A DNA stretch of 62,673 nucleotides, filler included, from Choristocarpus tenellus KU-1152 (lineage: Eukaryota; Protista; Phaeophyceae): the NCBI GenBank assembly GCA_964200185.2. It is 8 parts of 8 records of this genome, joined end to end, with 100 filler letters (N's around TTAATTAATTAA, not from the genome) between each part and the next. Parts side by side here need not be neighbours in the genome. Positions count along the whole stretch, not along the records: positions 22,510 to 26,137 come from CAXNAD020018866.1; positions 26,238 to 29,870 come from CAXNAD020018838.1; positions 29,971 to 53,371 come from CAXNAD020000250.1; 5 more parts are not named here. The stretch is one strand, 5' to 3'. Made by a program: the position numbers and the translations under genes. The stretch's first letter is position 1; every line of letters begins with the position of its first letter. Positions 23,680-37,700 of the stretch are shown piece after piece. A model generated the notes under the pieces. That model worked only from the letters and a program-made list of their open reading frames with translations. It had not been told where the DNA came from and made no database searches.

Positions 23680-25474
23680 GATTGGATGAACAGGGACGGC
23701 AGACAGCATAGTAACACCTGTACGAAACTTCTAGACATTGACACGTTCCGCACACAGGAGATAGTCCACGTTCCGTCTAACAAGATCGACCGTATGGGAC
23801 GACACGACCCACATGTCCCCAACCTCGGTAGAATCAAGTCCATGCATAGGTTCTTCACTGGTCGGCTCACCACCGGAGAATCCTGTACATTGATATACAC
23901 TGAACTGCCGTGCTACTGCACGAACTGCTCCATTGGCAACCTCGCCCCATGCAGGTGGCAACTAACCCATGTGTCCCCACTTAAGGAGATAAACCTCGGA
24001 TTTTCCACGGAAGCGGGAACGGGTGATATGTATCTGAGAAGTCAGCTGTCGAGGAAGAAGAGACAGCTCGCCAAGGGGAACATATTCATTGTGCGGTCGC
24101 AGCCATCGGAGTACAATGGTATAGAGTTCTTGCCGTTCACTATCCACTGCAAGGATACGATTCAATGGAATGCCAGACACCACTCCAGCTACGGAGGGAT
24201 GTTCAGTGCTGGAGATGAGATCGTCTTTGTCACTGAAGACTTCGAGGTGCTGAGTGCTAGCTTTGTTGATGGCGTGCCAACTATTCACATGTCACAGACG
24301 GACAAAGTGAGTAACGCCTCTTATTTCTTCTAAGAAAACAATGCCCCACACGAATGAATCCACATTGTCCATATACAGATGTCACATACCCCCTATATCC
24401 CCTCCCACCAACATAGATTCCTCCCATAATGTCCAATCCTGACATCCAAACCAGTGCCATTCTGTTCTCCCAATCTGCAACCGCCACTGACACACCTTTC
24501 ACATTCTTTTTTCGCAACTTACGAAGGGCAAACAAGTGCATCCCATACGTTCATTTCGCTGCCAAAATATATCCTCTATCATACATAAAACTATCCATTC
24601 CTCAAAAAACAACCTCTAACATCCCTATACAGCCAAACCAGGTCATCACGCGCAAACATATTTCAATAGTCCTACACACCAACACAGCCCCCTCAACAAG
24701 CATGTCTGTGGTGATGCAGGACGCACAACCGGGTCCCCGCGTCGTGCCCCTTCAGGCTATCATCATCCCAGATTTCACGGACATCGACCAAAACCACCTG
24801 GACAACACATTCACGATCCTGCCTGGTCAATACCAGAGGTTCGCCTCGGAATCCAACCGGCAGTCTCTCAGTGGGATACCTGCTCGCTTCTCTAGGCAAC
24901 TCAGACTTGGGGACACATCAGACTCCAGGTTCGGTCGAGGAACCTGCTTCATCCTACGCGCGAGTGGAGGGGCCATCTTACAGGGGAAGGTCAGCGATGT
25001 TCATGTAGATGGTTCAGAGGCGTACATTTACTCAGTGTCCTACATCCTGGACGATGGCAAAAACTCTTTACCCCCTCAACTGGGGTCGTACATGACAGAG
25101 GACGAGATCGAGGAGGGTGTCAACCAACTTCAAGACAAGAGCAATAGGGACAGTTATGAGGCTGCAGCCCTGTGTGTCAGACAACGCAGTTGGTCGACTG
25201 TTGGCCGACAGTGGAAGCGTAGGGACGTGGACAAGAATATATAGAAATATATACTCCTTGAACCGACACTGAGTTATATATGCCGGATTTAGATGAGGGG
25301 GTAACACTCAATGCGAGAGTCAAGGGCAGGGGACTATACCTCATATGAGACGATCGGCGGATGCCAGGGACCGTGACCAAGTACCAGCCCCACTACACGG
25401 TGAAAGATAGAGAAAAGCGAGTCAGTAACCCCTACGAGGTCAAATGGGAGAATGGCGACTTGCGAAATATGCAG
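23680..25474 (+). pseudogene. Decayed spliced gene: transposase-like Cys-motif region followed by Tudor/SH3-like domains
   Basis: Exon 23680-24306 (ttag|GAT...AAA|GTGAGT) contains GRIKSMHRFF...ELPCYCTNCSIGNLAPC. A phase-0 acceptor at 24719 continues into ORF 24429-25244. After a frameshift near 25240 and TGA codons at 25259 and 25346 the reading is GRGLYLI*DDRRMPGTVTKY...YEVKWENGDLRNM (Tudor-like). Family assignment is by eye only. Confidence 0.45.
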
Positions 25475-26314
25475 GTCCTTGTCTCCAACACTACAACCAA
25501 GACGCTCCTAGACGGGCCTGGTTCCGGACAAGTCCCACACTGACACCATACTGACGACATTCACGGCTTTGAGGAGCAACATAGGCCAATTTCTGTTCGT
25601 GAGTCACCCTCTCTACTTCGCCAGTCTGACACATGCCTCGACAGACATGTGTTATGATGGAGAGATCGGATGTTCCCTAAATCGACTTATGCATTTTGCA
25701 TATTGAATTTATCTTCCCAAAGAGGTTGTGTTCATGTGTCCTCATACACATGTTTTTATTGTTCCGGTGGCAACCAAAATTTCGTCTCCATTATTGGTGC
25801 GTTCTGCGACCATCCTCTATAATACTTTTACTGCCCTGCCCCAATCAATTTTCCTCCCCCCTTTGCGCTGATCGGACCACAGAGCAATTGACAGAAACCT
25901 TACCACAAATACGTTGTCGCACAAGCATCTCGTACTCCACACCACCATCTTCAGCACAAGTCGAGATTTCCACAACATATGATATGTCTTCCACACTCAA
26001 ACCAAGCGGAGGCAACCACCCACACTCCAGTCTTTGAACCCAACGACAACTTCCCTGAGCCATAAAAACGTAGTCTACACCCTCTCAAGCACCAAGCGTA
26101 GATCCTGAATGCATTTTAGCCCAAAATACATCATATTNNNNNNNNNNNNNNNNNNNNNNNNNNNNNNNNNNNNNNNNNNNNTTAATTAATTAANNNNNNN
26201 NNNNNNNNNNNNNNNNNNNNNNNNNNNNNNNNNNNNNTCTTTTTTTTTTTTTTTTAGTACCCCCCCACCACCCCCCCTCCCCCCCCCCCCCCCCCCCCCA
26301 CCCCTCCCCCCACC

Positions 26315-26347
<33 letters not shown>

Positions 26348-26402
26348 CCCCCCCCCCCCCCCCCCCCCTCCCTCTCTCTAAGTTCTTCCCCTTCTTTCTC
26401 AC

Positions 26403-28338
26403 CTGCATCAATTGCTGTCCTCCAAAGCAGCTGGCCTCCAGGCCATGCCCTGTTCCACCCCCCACCCTACCCGTACCATCATCTCCACCTCCTGTAGCTG
26501 GCCCCAACACCTTCCACTCCTTCACAATTGTGTCATTGAACTCACACCACTTTTGCTTTCCCAGGTTAGAGTCAAGATCCAAACCATATACCTCACCTGT
26601 ACCAGTCATAACTGATGACACCGTTCCAGGAATCCTCTCAGGCCCTGATCTGTCCTCTGAAGAATTATCTTCCCCTCTCCTTCGAGCACCCGCCTCACTA
26701 CCCCACAAGCATGGCTCTAGAATGGACTCATCCAGGTTCACCTTCCCAAGATCCTCCAACTCCCTATCACGAATGTAGCTGAAGTAGTGTCCCTGGTTAG
26801 CTGTACCAAGATGTACTACCACCCCTCTCAGCTCATACATGTAATACTCTCGGGGATGAAGTTCAAAGGGACCAGTAATGCCAAGAGCCTGGTGGCAGGT
26901 TGAGGTGTGCATTACAACAAGCATAGAGAGGGGGAGGGTCATAAATTGAAACAAAAAAAGAAGAAAACAGAAATGACACCAGGGACAGATCTGTTGCAAG
27001 TCATCTCAACTTGCATTGTGGTGCCCACCCTGCGAGCATGGCAATCATTATGAGAGTTGGTTTCTTTGTCAAACAATAACCTCCAGGTGGGGGTAACTGA
27101 TCCTAACCACAGACTCAATCTAGTTTACTTTCTTTAAAAAAAAGTGATGTGTGGCATAACGATCTTTAAGCATTGTAATCAAATTACCCACAACTTCTCA
27201 GTATTTCAAAGAACAAAGCCCCTTTGCATTGGCTGAGTCTATTAAACCATATTAATATCTATTCTGTGGTAAAGTACTCGCAGAGGCAAAAAAATGAAGA
27301 TACTTCCACTGTGGGTATCACCTTATCCCCCCCCCAAAAAACAAATGCAAACCAAAAGGTAGGATTAAATCAAAACATTCACATATCAAAACATCTGGCC
27401 TACAACACCCTCCCCCTGCCTTAAGCACTTGCCAAAGGCTTCAGCCACATGCATTACCACAGAGAGCAGAGAGGTACAGTCTAAACACCATAAGAAAAGA
27501 CGGATCTCACAAAGCAAGTACCAACCTTGAGATCTTCAGGTCCCCTCAATCCACTGGCCTCTACTGCCTCCCTCCATGCAAGACCCTTGAAATACAGTAG
27601 TGAATGGTTGGGTGGTGGGCAAGATGGGGTTAGGCAGCAGAGTTGAGGGCCTACTATATGAATCCTACTTCAATTAACACATGGAGGTGTTACATGGGAG
27701 ATGCATGATGTGTTGGTGTTCAAAAAGGTAAACACCTCACCCCTCAGAGTCAAATGACTACATCACACATAAGGGGATCAACTGCACTGGGAGAGGCCTG
27801 CCACCCTGCACATCCATAGAAGCTGCAACTTGGACAAAAAACCCACAAACGTTCTGTGAAGACACAGCTACACAGGGTACATACAACTTACCTGCATCAA
27901 GGGAACAAAAGGTTTGTTAAAGATTTACTCCACACAAACCTAGACACACACAACAGTAAACTAACATAGAAACATTCAAACAAGACAACACCACACCAGA
28001 CATCAAGGCACAGCAGAGTAAAAGAACTACTTCAACAATCAACAACACAACCCAAACTCACATTACCAACACAACATAGAATATCACACCATTTATTTTT
28101 CAAACCCTAAAAAAAAAAAAAAAAATGAAGGTGCATAAAAAAAAAGCAGAAGCATCCATCATTACCGCACCTCCTTAGTGTAGGGCTCCAAGTTCAGCCA
28201 GGTGGGGAACTCAAACCTCGTGTTGACCTTCTCTGTTTGGAAAGTGTCTAGATTAATCTGAAACCTGTTAAGGTGAACCATCAGTGTCTCCGGAAGGCTC
28301 CCCAGAACAGTTCTCTTGTGTATCTCCACCTCAGGGCG
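26403..28338 (-). CDS. Ubiquitin-specific protease (peptidase C19, USP9/24/34-like), internal fragment
   Basis: Phase-0 exons 28338-28171 (LPETLMVHLNRF...KVNTRFEFPTWLNLEPYT), 27585-27526 and 26888-26403 (YELRGVVVHLGTANQGHYFSYIRDR...KWCEFND...CFGG) include the His box and catalytic Asn/Asp. Confidence 0.9.
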
Positions 28339-31300
28339 CTGGGAGGCATTAATGATACATTTATGAATATGGCAGTGGAAGAAGCAACGATTGCAAAGGA
28401 AGGGGACAATTTGTTCACACATGTCGAGGTCAGTCACTACTTGGATATACAGTAGTTGGTGGGCTTCAAAAGCCGACAACTTCCTACTTCGAAAAGCGCG
28501 TTTTGAATTAAATGATCAAAATACTGTGAGACAAAAAGAATGAATTAATTATCATTGCGCAAGAGATGATGACACCTCGAAGTTGTTTTTCCCACAACAG
28601 GACCAAAAATTTACACGAGGAAAGCCATCCTGTCTCTTTCTCATCACCGATAAAAGTAGCCTGAAAGCTCCCCTGACCTACTTCAGTGCAACTATACTAC
28701 AACTCCCCAACATAAACGGACTGAATAAGAACCTACAAATTTTCGTGGATGCTAAAGTCGTATGATTGACCTGACCACTCTTTCCAGCCTCGATCAATTA
28801 TCAAACGATAAAAAAAGATCAAACACATCCAGTCCAGGTGAGGACAGCTGGAAATCACAAGTACAGTGCTTCAAATCTGAGACAGTGGTAAGATCATTGA
28901 TAACTCCTCAAGGCAATCTCAATCCTACTGGTTCGTACTCTGGGCAAAACTTGTTTTTCCTAAAGTGTGTCAGGCGAGCATGGGTGGACTCTTCTCGCTT
29001 ACCAATCCCACCTAACCCACAAAAGATTATCAGAATGGATCTAAAAGCAGCAGGGGACAAGGGAATTGGTCTTCATTGAGACGAAAGTCGTCATTGCTGT
29101 AACACCTGAGGAGCATGGCATACATTCATGACTTCTCCTTTGTTTTGAACACAAAAGGTGAGGAAAATGCAGGCAAGGCACATCCCTTCGGCAGTAAACT
29201 TTGATGGGTTTCGCTTGAATGAAACCGCCCCCTTTTTTCCTACCATGTTCGTGTCCAGCAATTCTCTACTTCTTTTAGGTCAAGGGATTTGTTAGAGGAA
29301 AAGGCGGTCCACCCATGCTCTCCTGACACAACTGGGTAAAACATTTTAGGTGCAACATTCAACGCCCCTCTACCCCCCCCCCTGAAAACCAAGTAATGTG
29401 AATATTGGTAAGAGCACATGTAAAAAGCGAATGGCAACATTGTGGGTGGAAACGGATTCATTTCTATGCACACAAAAAATCAACAAAGAAAAAGAACAAT
29501 TGTGATGTCAATGAGCAAGGCAAGGATACAAAATCAGGGAGTGGGGGGTGTTAGGAATATGCTTTTTATTCACGTGTAAAATATTATTCTGTAGGAGAAA
29601 CATCGAGTTGTTGAACTATTATGATTCAATAACAGGATAATTGATAGGAAAGCTATCTGTTGAGTAATCGTGAGAATATTATCTGGGTTATTATAGTGCA
29701 ATGCAGAGAATATGAATGGTAAGGTTACAACCCCCTTTGAGCTTTGAAGTTCACTTTCCTTCCTTACACCTTCCTTACTTCATGTACAACCTGTTCTGCA
29801 TAATAAGGACTTAATCGAGTCATTTACATACACAAGTCTTGGGAACACCAATTCCTTTAACAGGGGGGAGNNNNNNNNNNNNNNNNNNNNNNNNNNNNNN
29901 NNNNNNNNNNNNNNTTAATTAATTAANNNNNNNNNNNNNNNNNNNNNNNNNNNNNNNNNNNNNNNNNNNNGTTTTCGCAAAACAACCATACCCATAGTCT
30001 GGGGCCATCCCCAATTTTTGAGGATCCCCTGTTTAAACCACTTAATAAAGGGTCGCACGGAAAGATGTGGATTATGGAGGTGAAGATTCATTACGAACAG
30101 AGGGAGTACTCGTCAGATTCAAGGGAGGAGGTGGAGCGACGAACTGTGGGTCGGTTTATTCCAACGCACGAGAAAAAATCAAGACACGCACGCGACAGCG
30201 CAATTGGCTGTATCAATAGTACAACAGATAGTTCTTTGGGTAGAAGAAATAGTGTAGAGTGCGATGCTATCTGAACCATGGGTCAATTGAAACGTGTGGA
30301 TAAGTATATATATATATCAGTAAAGAGATAGGGTGGAGGTAGTGGAGGAGTTCCAGACTAAATTTGATCTAGTAATATGTAGTACCTGATCATATGTTGT
30401 GTCCTGGTTTTAGCCCGCATTCTATCTGAATCACCTCCCCAACATACAAAAATTTGTTCTCATGACATGTTTGCTAAGTTTTCCTGGCTTAATCCTATTA
30501 ATACCAATATGTTGCAGTCAACTCTTGCGAGAAATTTTACGTAATTAAGAGAGACCTGATGCGCTTACCAAGGGAATAATAATAGCCAACAAATCTCTCC
30601 TCGACTATGGTAATGCTGGCAGGTACTGCAATATGATGACGATACGACAGGGATGTTTGTTTACTACCTTTTTTTAGTATATTATTTTCCTATTTTTTTG
30701 TTTCCCTACGTACTAGTGTCGTTATTTATACTCGAGAGTGGAGGCTCAATTATTTGGATCTTATACCTTCGTACTGATTATTCTTTCTGGGGATTGGAAC
30801 TTGGTACTTGCTCAGTTAGTTTATCTGGAGAGACAAGATCAGTTAGGAATTAAACCAATAGTGGAAAAAAATTAATGAACCTGCATCGCAGGGAGTAGAG
30901 GGGTGTGACGATTCCCTCGTGGAATAATACCATTGGAAAAAGTGCTTTGTATGTTTCGTTGTTATGTAATATAATTATTTTCATTGAGTAATGCTATACA
31001 CTGTAGCAATAGTAGTACCATCAACGGCAACAATACAAATATGGTCCACATATGACCAAGCACTACCTTGCCTCTGCCTCTCTTTCCTGTTCTCTTGGCT
31101 GGTACACGATGCAGCAACAGGCAATGGTCACCCACTGGGTTAGATGACCAGAGATCTTCACAATGGAGCAGGTTGTGCACACAAACAATACGCCTTACAT
31201 AAAACGGAAAACACTTGATACACAACTTCATTCATGCCACTTCACAATATCACAATGTCCCCTCCAATCTCGACCTCCCACCCCATACCTACTCCTGTCT

Positions 31301-31706
31301 GCCTGCTATGACTTGTAGTCTCCTACTATTTGCCTTTCACAAAATCTCTTCACCCATTGTATTCCTTTCTTTGGCAGGCCCCCTTGCAGAAGCTCCATCC
31401 CACAAGCAACGTACTTGTGAGAGTTAACTTAGAGATGTCACTAATCCTCAGCAATCAATCACAAAATAATGCAACATTGTGAGGTAAGCAAAGTGGCTGG
31501 CAGTCAGGCAAGAACTGTTATCTACCCAATCGTACTTGGAGTGATATTCCCCCAACCACAAACAAGAGTGAACCTTATTGTCAACATATGGCACACACAA
31601 CAGATTTTATCTCCCCTGCAAAAACATGCCTAACCAATGCTTATCCCTTTTGGTGTCATTTCTGGATAGAAGAAGAGGCCCACATCCAATTTCCACATCC
31701 TCAAAA

Positions 31707-34700
31707 TTAGTCCACCTGGATTCATCCATGCCAAGGGGCAAGGTCAAGTTTTTTGAAACACTCAAATGAGTATCACTCATCAGGTGTGAGGTCGTCATAT
31801 CCTTGGCAATGGTGATTAATGACACAAAAGCCCATAAGCAAGGACTATCTACAACAGGATAGGGCAGCAAATTAAGGTCCTCTTATGAATGTTACATAGT
31901 ACAAGAAAAAAGTGGTTGCTCAAATCACCCCCATAAAAAATTGCTTACAACAATAAATCGATTAGTTGGCACAGAAGATACTTGACTATCATAATTAGAC
32001 AAAAAGACCATTCTAACAAGTTACCCACCCACCCACCTTGATAGAGGAGTACATCTTCCGTGTGAACCACAGACAGGAGTAGAATCCTACGCATCCCGTC
32101 AGTGCAAACAATCCTAGCGAGAGCAGGGCCATGTACCCAAAGTACAAGATGTATGTCACAGCCATGGTTGACTCCAGTCGTGCAAAGTACACTGTGGAAT
32201 ATCCAAACACCCATATTGCAGTTGATCCTGATGTCAGGAATGAGCGCCACCACCTGAATATGAAGAGGACATGCTTGAGGAAATGGACAACTAACGTGCG
32301 TGTGATGGAAATGGACACACAAAACTACCTGCATTAGGTCCATAAATATCATGTTGGCTGTGATATTAATTGGGATAGATCAGCAGCAGGCTACACACAT
32401 AACACAAGACAACCCATCTTTTCTGGTCACAGGTCCTCTATAAACTATACAAACACTGCACCATAGAGTATGTTGATACCCATGTGGCCATGGCTTGTGA
32501 AATTCCAGGTTTCCACACCTTAAGGTGGGGCATTTTGCACATCTATGAAATTGCTTGGACAGTCATTACAAAACAGGATCTATGTTGATCCATGGTTCAA
32601 AGAAATAGAGACTGCTCACATCACTTACACCCCCATAAACAGAACCACTAAAACGACAATGAGTTCCCGGTGATACATATTTCCTGTTTTACATGCCACT
32701 CTTTTTTGAGACTCGCCAGTGGTAATCCTCTGAAACCAACTGGAAGTAACAGAAGACCATAGAGATGTCTGCACATGTCACCACAAGGATGAAGAACACA
32801 AGGAAAAGGAACCCAAATACATAATAGTAGCTGCCCATCCAAAGTGAGTTCAGGATGAAGAACATCTCAATGAACACTGCACCATACGGCAGTATCCCCC
32901 CCACTGTCACAGTGAAGCTGCTCCACAGGAACCAGGGTTGGTTTGGGATCTGGTTGAAGTAAGAAGTAGTATGTGAGACAAAAGGTATGTGGGGTCAATA
33001 ATTAGAAGAAAAAATATGGCAAAACCAGAGATGCAAGTCAACCTTGAGTACCATGGTGGTGGTTATTGTGGGGATTGAACGTAGGGTCACCAATGTAAAA
33101 CGGACAAGTATGATCCTTGAAAGCACACAAAGACAACTGTGGAATTGGTTACAGTCAGACATAATCCCACAAGTAAGTATCCAATCTACACCCCAAACAT
33201 TGCACCAAGTGCACCAAATCAAGAGTTTACCCGTACATTATAGTCTAGAGTTTGTTAGGGTTAGGGTTAAACTAAAAAAATCAATACCAGTCCTTACAGC
33301 ACCCTATTATGCGTAACACACCTGTACAGAAATGTCTCTATCTCTATAGTAAGAATGTTAAATGAATTAAAAAATAAATTGTTGACCAATTGGTATCATG
33401 AAAAAAAAAATGCAAACCCCCCCCACTAGTAGTCAGGTGCAGGAAGTACTACCCAAAGAGATATTTAGTCAATTAATACAACCTGACGAGGTATGTTGGA
33501 GGTGACCACTGGGTATGGCACAGTCTCCTTGCGGTATCCAAAGTAAGCTCCAAGGAACACCAATGGCACACTGATGCAGAACCATAGAGCTAGAAGCTCT
33601 ACCTGCTCTGCAAAAGGCACAGCCTATGTTCCCACACACAAGGATGTTGGTTTTAATTTATGTTAATATTTATATGGTGGAAAAAGGGTTGGAATGGGAA
33701 GGATTTGAACTGGGCTTGAGAAGGAGGAATATAAAAAGAACAAAGACATGAGGTTACAGAGCAAAAACAAGTATGAAGATGTGCTAGGGATAGACATCAA
33801 ATAGAACCATATCAATTGGCTCACAGGGGGAGATGCACAGGTTAAGGTCTTCCTCTAAAGCACCACCCACAAAGGTTTTCACTACAGACCAAAATACAGA
33901 AGGGTAAGAAAGGCCACAGCCCTGATATCAGAGAGAGGGCGAAGAGGTTTACATACGATGTAGCACTTTATTATTATTTAAATATCAGACTGAAAAAACG
34001 CAAAAATAAAGAATTGTTTAGTAATAACAGCACCAGATCCAAACATGTCCGGCATTCAAATGTCTATTACCTTCATCAGGCATTCTATTCAAGCTCAATC
34101 ACCAACTATTGATTCATTGTGTATACATGTTATGTGAAATGTGATCATGCTAAGAGGTAGTACCTGAGTCGAGTGGTAGGAATAGGACATCAAGTTCAGG
34201 CTGAGGAACACAATGAAGCAGATGGAGGGGAAGAAGAATGCTGTCAATAGCGTACACTGCTGCCATTGTCGGCCCTTAAAGGACTTGTACAACACAGAAC
34301 TGCAGTAACCTGCCGGCACCCCCATGAGCACATAAAGCAAGAGCATAGCAATGGCCAGACTGCCACGGTTTGCTGGTGAAAGGAATCTGAATCACAAGAC
34401 AAGACAACAATAGGCACAAGTGATGTGTCAATGCCAACAATTACATTATCATTTACTTCACTCTTGGATTTGAGTCACTGCAGTCATTTCAATCACTTCA
34501 TGGTGTAATGGTGTACTCGAGTGATGTGCTCACAATGGCATGGTTAGGGTACACTCTACAAAGGGAGCTCTTGAACTCATTTGATATCAGGAGTTTGATT
34601 ACCTCAAGTTTTGCTCACCCTAACCCAAACTAAGTCAGTATATCACACAGGTGTATCACCTACAGTAGGAAAACACATACATGCTGTTATTTCCTCCTAA

Positions 34701-37700
34701 CAATAGATGACTCAAAGCTTAAATATTACTAACTACTGTATCAAATAATAATAATAATTGTATGTCTTGAACACTGCAGTATACTATTCACTTAAATATA
34801 TTGGTGCCATGCATGAGGACAACACTAATAGACATGGTTAACACCTACCAATAGGCAGATAAGGATAAAAATAAATAGCTTCCATCTTCAATCCGTGATC
34901 CTTATGGTCACCCATGGAAAGGACAAGCTGTGAAGAGACAATCCTTTCAATCTTTACTATCAATCTCAAACATGTCAAGAGAGAGAAGCCAAAAAAGTAG
35001 CACAATACAATCGTAAAGGTGAAGTATCCTACAGGATTAACCAACCCACCATACCCATCATGTAATCAAGAAATGAAGTAGCAGAAGAGGTTCATAGAGA
35101 CACAAAATGAATCTTACCCAAAAGCAGCAAAGCAGATAGTAACCATTGCCATACAAAGCAATTGCACACCAGTGCCCACCAGGACACAGAAAAGCATTGG
35201 ATACTTAGCTGGGGGCCGGAATACATCTGCATGTACAAGCTGAATTGACATGTAGGAAATGGTCCAAGGCAATGATTAGACATTGAAGGAACAACGTTCA
35301 GTGGGAAGTACTACATGTAATGTTCAATACATGGTAATGGGGGGAGAAAAATAAATGGGGAGTGTTCCAGATGTGTGACTTCAACCACCCCATACACCAA
35401 GTAAAAGGAATCTGGCCAATAAGTAGTTACTGAATTTTTGAGGCCAGCCATAGACCTCGATTACTCAGGTATAGGCAAAGTCTAATCCATGCCCTAAGAT
35501 ACATGCTTGCACCACACACTGATAACATCTTGGCAGGTATGACGGTTTTGACCAATCAATACCTGGCAACACGGTATACTAGTAAGTAAATCTATCCCAT
35601 ACCTCGAGCACCTCTGGCACACATGTCAATATCGGCTAACTGCCACTACAACATCATAGTTGAGCGATCAGCAGAAGCAAACATGAAGGCGTTGCTAATG
35701 AAGTCAGTTACACCAACAAAGAATAAAATAAAGAAATAAGAACAAACTAAAGTAGTTAAACAACAAGTACTGTGTAACGCCCCCAAGAAGGTGACATGTT
35801 CGTCTTGGGTAAGGCGGGCAACAAAAGGCAAAGGAGATTGAGAGATAAATAGGTATCCCCTACAGTTATGTCAAACACCTTTGAAGTCCTCAGATCACTC
35901 CACATAAAAGCAGGCTCATCTCACCAACAATCAGAAAAACACCTTCAATGATCATCTCAACACTCCATCACTTCAACAGTCAACTGTAAATGTTTATTGT
36001 TTCCCCTGTGCAACCACCACCTTCACCTTCCACCCAGTTTCCTCCCGTTCCTCTGCCTTTTCCTCATCTGTTGGTACCCGGTTGTACCTCATGATGTCAC
36101 GATGGAGGTTACGGATGAGAATCATTGCTATCATCGCTGTCAAGAACAGCACGATCAGCAAAGAGTTAACAATCGAAAACCAATGAACCTGCAAAAATGG
36201 GCACAACAGGAAGTACATGGGGACCAGGGGTACAGTAGAACAGAAGTACATGAGGATACTAGCACAATACATCAACATAAATGGAAAAGGAGAGTACAAG
36301 CATAGCTAGCACACTCAATAATTGTACATGAAAGACATTACATGCAACTTACTGCCTACGCTCGTCACATGAAAGACCTACGACTAGACCAGCAACTGGT
36401 GGGGGATAGGCTCATTCCAGAGAGCATCTCCCCCTTACCCCTGACTACGGCAACATGATGGTTTCTGTGTGAAGATAGATGAAGATAGATATAGATACTT
36501 TTGATGAGCTTAAACCTTGGACAGAGTGTTATTATAATGCTTATAATGTGAATAACACCCCAGCCCTGCCATTCCAATCAGAATGGTGTGCTGTTTGTAG
36601 TGTATTATGGATTCTTAGTATACATCTCCTGTGATATTTGATACTTGAAAGTGCTAAGAGTGGTTCATACCACGACAGCATCATGTATACGACTACCCAA
36701 CCCACCCCAACATTAGTTGGTAGCATATGATAAGTGCATGTCTGGTGGTTAGTCAACAAAAAGGTGCTGAATATTTTCACCAATCCTCTCCTACCCCCCC
36801 CCCCTTCTCCATTTTATATGCAGCATATATGATGGTGTATGTTCTTGACCTTCATGTTACCTTGTTTTTAACTGCATTGTCCATAGTCAAGTACACATCC
36901 CAACGGCTAGCCCAGTGCTTCTCCGATTCCATCCATAACACGTCATAAGTGAAGATCACTCTTTCTCCTTCAGCTACCTCCTGTGGAGCCAGTCCCTGTA
37001 CACAACATGAAGGCATAGTCACAACAGAAGAGGAGTGAGTGACATAATACATGACCAACCAAAAACAATATAACAAGGTATGCAATTAGCACGAGTCAGC
37101 ATCAATATCAGTATACCCATTGAAAAGGAAACCTTTGTTTAATCAAACATACATATCAGAGATTAGGTACATTGCACATGACTATACCGCAATACAGCAA
37201 CACTTTACTGTTACACTAATATTTAGTAAGTTGATAGGGAAAGGATAAGGGTTAGGGTGTAGGGATGAGTGTTGAGTATAAAAAAATCACACATCTACAT
37301 TTCTAGATTTCGGAGTTAATGGGGGTCAGGTTCAGCCTCAAACTCAGGGGTACTTGAGGTGACAACATTAAGGTTCCTCAACTACAGTCACATTCCACCA
37401 GGACACGTGTACAACAGTGCATGCTTTGTACCTTGTACCTTGCACCAGTACATAGATTATATAGATGACATAGTAAGGTACAAGGAACAAAGAACAATGA
37501 CTAGTGCTGTGAACCATTCCGGTTAAAAATAAAAAATTGACTTTAAATGAACTCATTGAGAAAGAACACCAAAACTGAGCATGACCTATCCTTTTCTTTC
37601 AGAATACATAAAAAAGAGAAATGACGGATCTCTTGTACAGCTCTTGTGTATTAATAGTGTGAGTCTCATCTCTTTCAGTGACAACTCAAGAATGCTATGA

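Noticed and set aside
25259-25348. In-frame TGA codons as selenocysteine or an alternative genetic code
   Set aside because: TGA is a normal stop in YKT6, DNAJC17 and the Kir gene here; the adjacent frameshift indicates pseudogenisation.
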